From assembly GCA_051453625.1 (NCBI GenBank), contig JBOZIK010000001.1, positions 27,716,178-27,736,177 of the forward strand: DNA of 20,000 bases, read 5' to 3'. This DNA is from Welwitschia mirabilis (taxonomy: Eukaryota). Position numbers and translations under genes: made by a program. Positions 11,180-20,000 of this stretch are shown here, piece after piece. The notes beneath the pieces were generated by a model. It searched no databases. It saw only the letters and a program-made list of their open reading frames with translations, and was not told where the DNA came from. The first letter of the stretch is position 1, and each line of letters begins with the position of its first letter.

Positions 11180-12590
11180 TATACTATAATTTTAATTTGT
11201 ATTTTGCAAGCAACTCATCTCACATTCTCTATCACATGTTTAAAATGGATTGTTTTTGAAAGTATTTCAAGATTTATGGTTAGTTTTGAATAAATATTTG
11301 CTTCCTATAAGATAATATCTATAAACTTTCAAGGCATGTACTATGACTAGTAATTTTAGATCATAAATGAGATAGGGCTTACCATGTTAATTTAACTTCC
11401 ATGATTCATAATTAATCACTTGATCATGCTAGCTAAGTACGGTTCATATTCCTTGAGTAGAAGCATTGGTGGTAACTATAAATAGTTTTTTAATGTCTAC
11501 AATTTTGAAAATAGACACCATTATAAGTAACAACTTTAACCTAGGAAATTCTTCCTTGCATTTATCATCAAAATTAAATGTGTTTATTGGTTAGATCAGA
11601 TCTGTTAATAATTTTATAAGTTGATAGAATCCTAAAATAAATTTTTGATAAAAGCTGACCAACCCTAAGATACTTTGAACTTGAATAGCATCCTTTAGGT
11701 TTGGCCATTCCCTTATGGCTTACACTTTAGCTGGATTGGTTGTAATTCCTCTACTAGAGATGATATGGCTTAGATATCTAATTTCTATTTGAAATGACTC
11801 ATACTTACATAATTTGGGCTTAAAATTATGTTTGAACAAAATCTATAGAACTTTCTTAAAGTGTCTAATATGGTCATCCTANNNNNNNNNNNNNNNNNNN
11901 NNNNNNNNNNNNNNNNNNNNNNNNNNNNNNNNNNNNNNNNNNNNNNNNNNNNNNNNNNNNNNNNNNNNNNNNNNNNNNNNNTCATACTTACTTAATTTGG
12001 GCTTAAAATTATGTTTGAACAAAATCTATAGAACTTTCTTCAAGTGTCTAATATGGTCATCCTAATTTCTAGAATATATTAGAATATCATCTAAAAATAA
12101 AACTATGAATTTATCCATACATGATTGAAAAACATCATTCATTAAACGAATAAATGTAACTAGAGCATTTGTTAAACTAAAAGGCATTACTAAAAACTCA
12201 TAATGTTTATATCTTATTCTAAAAGTAATATTGTAGATGTTTTTATTCTTGATGCAAATCTAGTAATATCTAGATTTTAAATCAATCTTTGAGAAGAATT
12301 TAATTCTTTATAGTTGATTCAATAAATTATTAATCGTTGGTAATAGGTACTTGTTCTTGATGATTATCTTATTTAGCTTCTTATAGTCATAAGCTGCCAT
12401 CCTTTATATTAATGATCATTACTAGTGCTCCCCATGGTAACACACTAGGATAAATTTCTCCTTCCAATAAGTAGCTTTAGTACTTTTAATTCTACTATAG
12501 AGAAGTGGTAAGATGCTCATGCTATTAGTTGTACTCCAAGAACTAAGTTGATTGAATGTTGTATATTTCTCTTGGTTGGGAGTGTTTTTG
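11180..12590 (-). pseudogene. Decayed chromovirus reverse transcriptase plus RNase H
   Basis: RT motifs on minus: DYKKLNKIIIKNKYLLPTINNLLNQL, FFSKIDLKSRYY, HYEFLVMPFSLTNA, and catalytic FLDDILIYS (about 12070-12096). RNase H motifs: TTNASTQGI, VINYESWKLN, YDLKLLVIVHALKVYRYYLIGSKYLFKTNHKS. Confidence 0.96.
11799..12064. repeat. 83-bp direct duplication flanking the N gap (probable contig overlap artefact)
   Basis: 11799-11881 matches 11982-12064 with 2 mismatches. Merging the two copies restores a continuous RT sequence. Confidence 0.9.
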
Positions 12591-12779
12591 AGTTTTCCAA
12601 TACATTAGAGAATTGCTATAGTTCTTCTAGTATAACGGGATTTTCTTTATGATTTTTTATCTATACCAGGGTAATAAACATTGATTTTCTTTTAATAACT
12701 TTTGTGATCTATTTGAGTGAGGCCAAAGGTATGTTCTTACTCCTTTCTTTCTCTTTAAATATTTATTCTTTGAATGAAG

Positions 12780-13726
12780 TGAATAGTAATAAGATCCATT
12801 GATGAAAATTAATTAGATCATTATATATAATAATGAAGAAAATCCCTAGAATGGCATGATATTTCCTAATTTAGAAGACATAGAGTTTATCTCTAAAATG
12901 TAAGTTGTGAATGGTATAATTGATAAAGGTGGTAGTATCATCTTGTGTAAGGAAACTATCCCTTACAAATTCTATTGTGGATTTTTGTCCTTTAAATAGA
13001 GTAATGTTTAGTTTGTAAAATAAGATGGATGAAATGAAATTATATGAGGCATTGCTATCAACTAGGAATAAAATAGCAAAATATAAAATATGACCTTATA
13101 ATTTTAAGATAGAATATTAATTGTAAATCACACCTATTTGAATGGTAGCATATACTCTTTTGAGTTGTATGAACAAATTCTAAAAAGATTAAGGCTGACA
13201 GTGCTAAGCAATATTTGGCTGTCATGCTTTAGATGGATAATTCCTAATAATGTATTCCTTCTTATGGTACTCATAGCAAGTAAGGTTTACCCTATATGCC
13301 TATTGCATTGGTGGTGTACTTGATTGAGAGTGTCTATTTACTTAAATGTGTTATTTCTCTATCCATTGATTTTCTTATCCTTAAAGATAGTCTTGTAATA
13401 ATTATATTGAGTGCATTTGATTTCCATGGTGTGCAAGATACTTTTGAGTTTGAATGATAAGGTCTCAATGAAACTGTTGATCAACTGCTTCTCTATAAAG
13501 TTATTCTAGTACTTCATAAGGTGATAGAATTTAGATCAATATTTATTCAATGGGAACTTTTCTATACGGAGGCATTGAAAATCCAATATTTAATCATAAA
13601 TTAAATTTTCTAGTATGAATCTCCTTTTGAAATATTATATGAAGGTACTTCATGGTATTCTTTGGGGATGTTTCTATTCACATCTAGAACAACATTCTTG
13701 TGCATTTCCTATAAGATAAGTAACAG
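12780..13726 (-). pseudogene. Decayed chromovirus gag (N-terminally truncated), zinc knuckle and aspartic protease
   Basis: Gag core: VTYLIGNAQECC...IP*STFI*YFKRRFI...KFYHLMKY. Knuckle: TCYEYHKKEYIIRNYP at 13234-13281 (cf. CX2CX4HX4C). Protease: LFLVDSNASYNFIS at about 13030-13070 (cf. LVDSGASHNFIS). Gag is cut at 13726 by the Athila-like LTR. Confidence 0.88.
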
Positions 13727-14771
13727 TGTTTGGGATGCATATTGTTCTTTTAATTCCAATGAAAGATAAATATCTACTTACATACAATACACATTTGTAT
13801 AGTGGAATCAACCCAATTGTCATACACTTAAATAAGACTCATAAAGGAGAATATGAAAATTTGCTTTTATAAGGAGAAATATATTTTGGAAAGTTTCTTT
13901 AAAGAAAATAAAATTAAATAATGCAAAGATAACGTTGGAATGTAATGCACTGGAATAAAATAAAATGCAATTATATGCTAATGAATTAATTAAAATTTCA
14001 ATCTACTATCACTTAGATTAATTCTTATAATCTATTTAATTATGAATTCATATTACTTAAATTACAATTAAGATATAAGAAAGAATACCAAAACACTTAA
14101 AAATATTTCAATTCAATTAATACTTTTATTAATGAAATTAAATTATATCCACTTATGATAATAACTCCTCAATGGAAGATTATTTTTCTAATACCAATGT
14201 GTTTCTTATCATAAGTAGGATGGATCTCCTTAACTTCAATAATATTCAACTATCATAAAAATGTAGATGACAAAAGATGATTTTGAATATGGTCTGAAAG
14301 AGTCTATTTTTAGGTTAAGATAGGTCATTAAATAATGTAAAATGAAGAGGTATGAGTTAGATTCACCCTTTCATAATAATTGTATCAAGTTTATAAATTA
14401 TTTTAATCATCATTCATTATGTCATTTCCATAAAAAATAGGACAACACCCCATCAACCAAGTAATGCTTAACACATGTTGAAAATGTTGACTGCCATCTC
14501 AATCATCATCTTTACTACACATATGTTGACCATAGTTTTTTACTGTCATCCTCTCTATTGTTCTCATAATATGAAGGATGACCAATATATCTTCATCACA
14601 TTACTTTGGTTCATCGTTACCCAAAAATGGCTTTTTATGTTGGAAATTATTGCATCTTTTGTCTTGTATGAAAGCTTTGTATAATTTACATAAATCCCTA
14701 GAAAAACTTGTCAATAAGACCTAAAAATGTACTCCACATGTGTATTAAATAGGTCAAGTTACCTCACAACA
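13727..14771 (-). repeat. 3' LTR of the Athila-like element
   Basis: Termini are TGTT at 13727 and TCACAACA at 14771, followed by the PPT-side ttgccctcacttagcattt. The left end aligns to 19871-20000 with a ~30-nt indel and an exact 22-mer, ACAATACACATTTGTATAGTGG (13784-13805 = 19961-19982). Confidence 0.85.
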
Positions 14772-16335
14772 TTGCCCTCACTTAGCATTTATCGGCCCCT
14801 TACAAAGTAAGTAAATAATAAGTTGTAAGCTAATTGATGAAAAGAAATCTAATACATGTATATCATTTAGAATTAAGAGTATAACATGTAAAATATATCT
14901 ATGAAAAAGCATACGTGAAATTGATGTATATTATTAATCATTTAGTTTAACATTATGGCATATATTTGATGAAATATTTTTGTTTATAAATCATGTAATA
15001 TAGGTGTTTATCCCTAAAGTAAATAAGCAAGTCATCTTGAATTGCATAAGTTATAAAAGAAAGGTAAAGTAGGATAAGATTTCATGATTACAAGATTACG
15101 TAGCTAAAGAGGTTATAGAAAGGGAAATTATTAAGGAAAAGGAAAGTATCAATACTATCATGTAAAAGGATGATCAAGGCAGAGATCAATTTGATTTTAT
15201 GTATAATAATCAAGTGACAAAAATTATAACAAGTAGATTAGAAAATGATAAAGTCCTAAACATTATTTTGAAAGAGGTAAGAAAATTGATTTTGAGAATA
15301 CAAATCCTCAAACTAAGATAAGACAAAAAGGAAAATGGACAAGAGAGAACATGAATAAGATTAACTTTTTCCCTAAAATTCAAACTTACAAAACTTCTTA
15401 GTAAAGGTTATAAATCTACTTGATATAGAAATGCATGATTCAATGTAGAATACCATAGAATACCATTCAAAAGGGCAGTAATGATGATAATATCTAATGG
15501 TTATGTTTAGCAAGGTATCAAGTCATGTTTATACTATAATTAAATTCCTCTTAAGTTATGATAACCATAGTACTTTGATAAGATATCATCCAATAATCAA
15601 TATACTCATATGCTCACGAAGTATATGCCTCAGAGTGATGGGCATTTTAGTCAATGGGGCATTGAATAATATCATTCATTATGATGAGGGGAGTTCAACC
15701 ACTACTAAGAGAATAAGAACCCACAACTCGAAGCTAGATCATGACCAACCAATCCTCTAGTGGAGTTTTCACAACTCCCATATCATACTACCAAAGGCTC
15801 CTCTTGGGACACTTTACCTCAGTATGCTGATGGTCGGACATCATGATAGANNNNNNNNNNNNNNNNNNNNNNNNNNNNNNNNNNNNNNNNNNNNNNNNNN
15901 NNNNNNNNNNNNNNNNNNNNNNNNNNNNNNNNNNNNNNNNNNNNNNNNNNAATTACAAGAAGGTGATTCAATTTTTTTCTTTTTCTTCTTTTAATATTTT
16001 TCTCTTACTTTTTCCTTTTTTAAATTTTTTTCATTGACTTAGACTCCCATTTTTTACAGTATTGATTAATCATTGAAATGATAAGATAACAAAGTATATC
16101 ACTAAAAGCACGCATCATTTTAATATAATTGATATTTTATCATAAAATAATCAAGGCGATTGATTGTAGATATTCAAATATCTTAAGATTGGCTAAATCT
16201 AATCTTTAGTACATGAAAACCCAAAGTAAAGAATTACTTAATCATGGTAAAACCTATGTAAGTCAAACATAAATCAAGTTAAATATGATCAAGTAGTGTC
16301 ATAACTAAAACTAAAAAAGAAAGCTAAGAAAAACT

Positions 16336-16680
16336 TTAGTAGATGGCTAAGGGAAGATCTTCCTTTTTGAAATGATGTTCTTCCAAGTTAATTACTTTTA
16401 TCATGTTTAATATATAACAACAATCATCTAAAGATGTATAAAGTTTTAATCTTTGTTCATTTACTCTTTGGATTTTTTAAGTTTAAAGATCAAAGAACTT
16501 AATAGAGTCAGAATGTACCCTTTACACATAATATAAACCAAGTTATTTAGAGGTTAGCTTGTTATGTATAGGATGTACTTAAGTATTATGAAAAAGGACA
16601 AATTGACCTATGTTTATAAGTTTAGTAATTTTGTCCTTGATTACTATATTAATGATAGGATTAAGTATGGATTTTTCTTG
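16336..16680 (-). pseudogene. Remnant pol: RT N-terminal motif joined in frame to the integrase C-terminus
   Basis: A single frame from 16680 reads QEKSILNPIINIVIKDKITKLINIG|QFVLFHNT*VHPIHNKLTSK*LGLYYV*RVHSDSIKFFDL*T*KIQRVNEQRLKLY. Compare Athila RLNP.MKEVVKKEV.KLLDAG and GQKVLLFNSRL..FPGKLKSRWSGPF...KVNGQRLKPY. Confidence 0.8.
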
Positions 16681-17119
16681 AAAAGGATAAAGTTAAAACT
16701 AATGATTAATGGCTTATTAGGAGTATTATTTGAAAAATTTATTTTAAGCCAAATTAAATATTATTTTCATCTTTCATAGTTGTATAACATCCATCTTGAT
16801 GTAAAAGATTTTTAATGGATCTTATATGTTATAAATGATGATTAAGTATGGGTTCAAAGTTCTCATGAAAATCATGTTTGGAAGAGTAGTTTAAAAGATT
16901 TTGGTTAAGGCTTTAAGGGTTAGATAAGCTTAAAGATTTAAGATTAATAGAAGATTCTTCTTCATCCTCCAATAATGTAGAGTTACTTATTGAAAAAAGC
17001 CTTCCTTTTAAAGCATAATGTTAAATTAACATGAATAACCTAACCTTTTCTTCTATGCCTAATTCATATTCTATGACCTTTTTTTATTGAATAATCTAAT
17101 ACTAAACATTTTTTTATCT

Positions 17120-17660
17120 ATATGATATTCCATGGTCCCTGTGCAAGTAATAATAATATAATGGACTATTTCACAAAAGGATCTTCCTAAAAGTAGAGGG
17201 TATCCATCATTATGTTTAACCTCAATGATGACCACATCTATAGGATAGGAAGCTTTCTCAATTTAAATCACTAAATCTTTGATTATTCCTATAGTTTTTT
17301 TAATTAATGCATCAACCAATTCCAATACTATCTCAGGCAGTTTAATTCTCCCTTTTAATCCAAGATTTTTATAAATGTGCAAAGGCCTAATATGATACTT
17401 TCTCCTATGCCTATTAGATATTTCTTTTTTTTTATTTTATTCTAAAACAACACCAGTAGTGGCTACCCCTATATCTTTAAACTTAGGACATTTTTTGAAA
17501 ACTAAGTTGAAAAGAGATTGTGCAATGAATAATTTACTTGGGATTATCCTATTTTATTTTCTTCTTACTAAGTCCTTTTAAATTTTATTATACTTGGGTT
17601 GTCTTGAAGGATCTTCCAAAATGGTAGGTTGATAGTAACATCATTCATAATTTCTTTTAA
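17120..17660 (-). pseudogene. Decayed Athila-type aspartic protease region
   Basis: Motifs on minus: PKFKDIG (cf. PKLKDPG), YLIGIGESI (cf. ALLDLGASV) and PLHIYKNLGL. These are followed by VLELVDALIKKTIGIIKDLVI*IEKASYPIDVVIIE...YPLLLGRSF (cf. LQLADRS..YP.GI.EDVLV....PVDFVIL...PIILGRPF). Confidence 0.9.
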
Positions 17661-17799
17661 ACATTCATCATAAGTTAAATTATTATTTAATATTTTTAGC
17701 CATCAGGTAGTCTTCTCCTTTGGGTGAAGGTGGTTATTGTTAGATTTAGGAAAGTTCAGTTGATCAAGAATTTCAATATCACCTTATTGAGTTCTTTCC

Positions 17800-19100
17800 C
17801 TATCATTATAGATAAAAGTTAAAGGTTTCTCATGAGGAGTAGCATTATGTCTACTTCTAGTTACTACTTTCCAATATTTCTTTACATCATTTGGGTTTGA
17901 AATAGTTTGAGCAGTAAGATATCCTTGAGGTCTTTGATTTTCTGACATGTTTTATTAAATGAGACTAATTAAAGTTTATAAGTTTTTATTCTAATTTTCT
18001 AAGATTTTATTAGTGGTATCTTGTGTTTTTTAAAGTTCCTCCACCATTTCTCTGTAAGGATCATTTTTATTATAGTTGGAAAAATTGGGCTGAGAGTTAT
18101 AACCTTTGTATTTATTATCAAATGATGGTTGGAAAGATGTTAAAGGTCCATTAATACTTGGAATTTGTATTTTGATTGAATCCATAAACTTTATTAAATA
18201 TGGCCTCTCTACAAGTTATTGAAGTTTGGCATTCCTTGTTAGATGATAGTTTTCATCACATATTTCACAATGGTTGAGTTGATTTAATAATTTTGGATAA
18301 GTTAAAGCTTTTGTATAACTCTCTAATATACTAGTAAGATTACTAAGTAGGGTTTTAACCTTTAATTGTTCTTCTTCATATTACACTTTTTACAAGTCTC
18401 TAAGCATTTTACCTATAGTTTTAGTATCTTTACATATAGTTTTTGATCAATTTTAAATTCTTTATACAAGGTCTTCTAATAAGTTCTAATCATTATCTAA
18501 GGTTAAACTGAGTAAATATCCATCACATGAAACATCTATCCTTTATCTAGTTTAACTATTCAATCCCCTATAGAAGTGATTAATAAGTTATTATTTTTCA
18601 AACTCATTCACTAGATTGAGTGACATGATAATCAAGAATCATTCATATGTTAAGGAATAATCTTCATGAGGGTATTGTTGAAAGTTTATTACTTCTTTTC
18701 TTCTTGTTCTTATGACTATCTCATTCATAAACCATTTGATAAAGAATTCTTATACATAATTCCATGACTTAAGATTTCTATGTGAAATTGTTTTAAGAAA
18801 ATTTTTTATTTTCCTTTTAAGGTAAATGAAAAGATTATCTTATAGGTCCTATTTAAATTTTTTTTCCATTTCCTGAAGTAAGGATAAGCTATTCAATATT
18901 GGCTATGTATTAAAATGGGTCTTTATTATATTCTCTAGAAAAGGTAGAATAGGCATTCAAGTTTCTTAACTCTATATGATCTCCAGGGGATAGGACAAAT
19001 AGGTTTTAAGTTCCCTCTTTTTATTGGCTAAAATATCCTTTAAAGTGACATTTAAATTAGAGGATCCTAATATTTTAAGTGAAGATTTGTTGGATGCCAT
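17800..19100 (-). pseudogene. Decayed Athila-type gag
   Basis: Candidate ATG at 19100. Motifs: IFSFTLKGK, SWNYV*EFFIKWF, RKEVINFQQYPHE, LINHFYRGLNS*TR*RIDVSCDGYLL...LLEDL, CEICDENYHLT, RPQGYLTAQTISNP...VVTRS. Confidence 0.9.
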
Positions 19101-19849
19101 ACAGGTAAGAGTATTAGGATAATTAGGTTAAAAAGAAGAGGTAGGATTTTTAGTAAAACTTAGTGGGTTTTCATAAATTTTCAAAGACTTATAAGTATGG
19201 TAATCAAAAATAGTAAATGCAAAATAATCATCTTGCTCAATTAAAGAATTAAATTTTTTTTCTTACCTCGAGTTTTGAATTAAAGTTCACCAACCTTCTT
19301 TAATTGCTTTATCAAGGAAATTTTTTTCATAAGTGTATTTGCCTTTACTGCTATTTATCATTATCCTATAAGATCAATTTATGTTAAAAAAAATTCTCTA
19401 CATTCAAGTGTCATCAATCCTCAAGATCACTCAAAGGTGCAAGGTGTATGATATACCAAGTAAATGTGGCAATCACTTAGATTGCAGAAAGTGTAGAGCG
19501 TAGGTTAAGTTCGTTGCAAATAATAATCAATATGGTAATTCACAAGATCACATGAAGTGCAAGGTTAGACCTAATAATTAATGAATTGGAATATGAATCC
19601 TTTAAATAATAATTGCACTTGAAAGTAAAGAAAGGAAAATTACAAGAAATAAAAATTACAATTTGTAAGAAAGGAAATTAAAGTACACTCCAAATGGATA
19701 ATCAAGCAATTACTTGTAGATCAAAAGATAAACAAGCAATTGTAAGTAAATCCAAGAGGATAAAATATAACACTAGTCCAATAAACAAATTGAAATGAAT
19801 TTAAAATACTTACTTGAGAAATGACAATCTTCCTTTTCTCTTAAGGTCT

Positions 19850-19867
19850 TCCCTAAAAATGGCACCA
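19850..19867 (-). promoter_or_regulatory. Primer binding site, tRNA-Asp type (Athila), decayed
   Basis: Minus strand TGGTGCCATTTTTAGGGA versus canonical TGGCGCCGTTGCCGGGGA matches at 12/18, and 5 of the 6 differences are C>T or G>A. It lies 3 nt from the LTR terminal CA. Confidence 0.8.
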
Positions 19868-19870
19868 AAA

Positions 19871-20000
19871 TGTTGTGATGCATATTTGTACTTCTAATTT
19901 CAATATTCTAAAGACCAAATTTAACTTGCAACATCTGAAAAGCTAATATTCTAATTACACACAATACACATTTGTATAGTGGGATCAATCCAAATGTCAT
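19871..20000 (-). repeat. 5' LTR of the Athila-like element (3' end only)
   Basis: TGTTGTGATGC on + is ...GCATCACAACA on -, adjacent to the PBS and homologous to 13727-13825. Confidence 0.85.

Larger units (their letters stand above)
13727..20000 (-). mobile_element. Athila-like non-autonomous LTR retrotransposon (continues beyond the window end)
   Basis: In order on minus: 5' LTR end (19871), PBS, leader, gag, protease, RT/integrase fusion, long 3' non-coding region, PPT, 3' LTR (13727-14771). Continuity across the 15851-15950 gap is assumed. Confidence 0.85.

Noticed and set aside
11785..12065. ORFs with an internal repeat
   Set aside because: They result from the gap and duplicated flanks; the real frame is the decayed RT on minus.
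14475..15760. Hydrophobic + strand ORFs as a possible Athila env-like gene
   Set aside because: They are on the wrong strand for the element and short, and one lies inside the LTR. Hydrophobicity is expected from AT-rich DNA.
16564..16779. + strand 71-aa ORF (likewise 13138-13323)
   Set aside because: Antisense shadows of decayed pol and gag sequence.
1..20000. Fungal RIP, CRISPR array or prokaryotic defence system
   Set aside because: The elements are plant-type (Athila gag and PBS, plant chromovirus). No regularly spaced repeat-spacer array or intact ORF cluster was seen.

Overview
This is an AT-rich, CpG-poor eukaryotic window, almost certainly from a land plant. It has five assembly gaps (581-680, 3504-3603, 10202-10211, 11882-11981, 15851-15950). 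I find no intact host gene and no RNA gene. Nearly the whole window is a nested stack of decayed Ty3/gypsy LTR retrotransposons. These are a + strand chromovirus remnant (integrase, chromodomain, PPT, 3' LTR, from 1213), a - strand chromovirus with gag to chromodomain still readable (about 8457-13726), and three or four - strand Athila-like pieces. The most complete Athila-like element (13727 to beyond 20000) has a tRNA-Asp-type PBS, gag and protease. In it, the RT N-terminus is joined in frame to the integrase C-terminus, so it is a non-autonomous deletion derivative. Decay is dominated by C>T/G>A changes, including outside CpG. All domain calls are hand translations recognised from memory of family motifs, with no database search. 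I do not see evidence for a new biological system. The best leads are the RT-integrase fusion, the nesting depth and the mutation spectrum.
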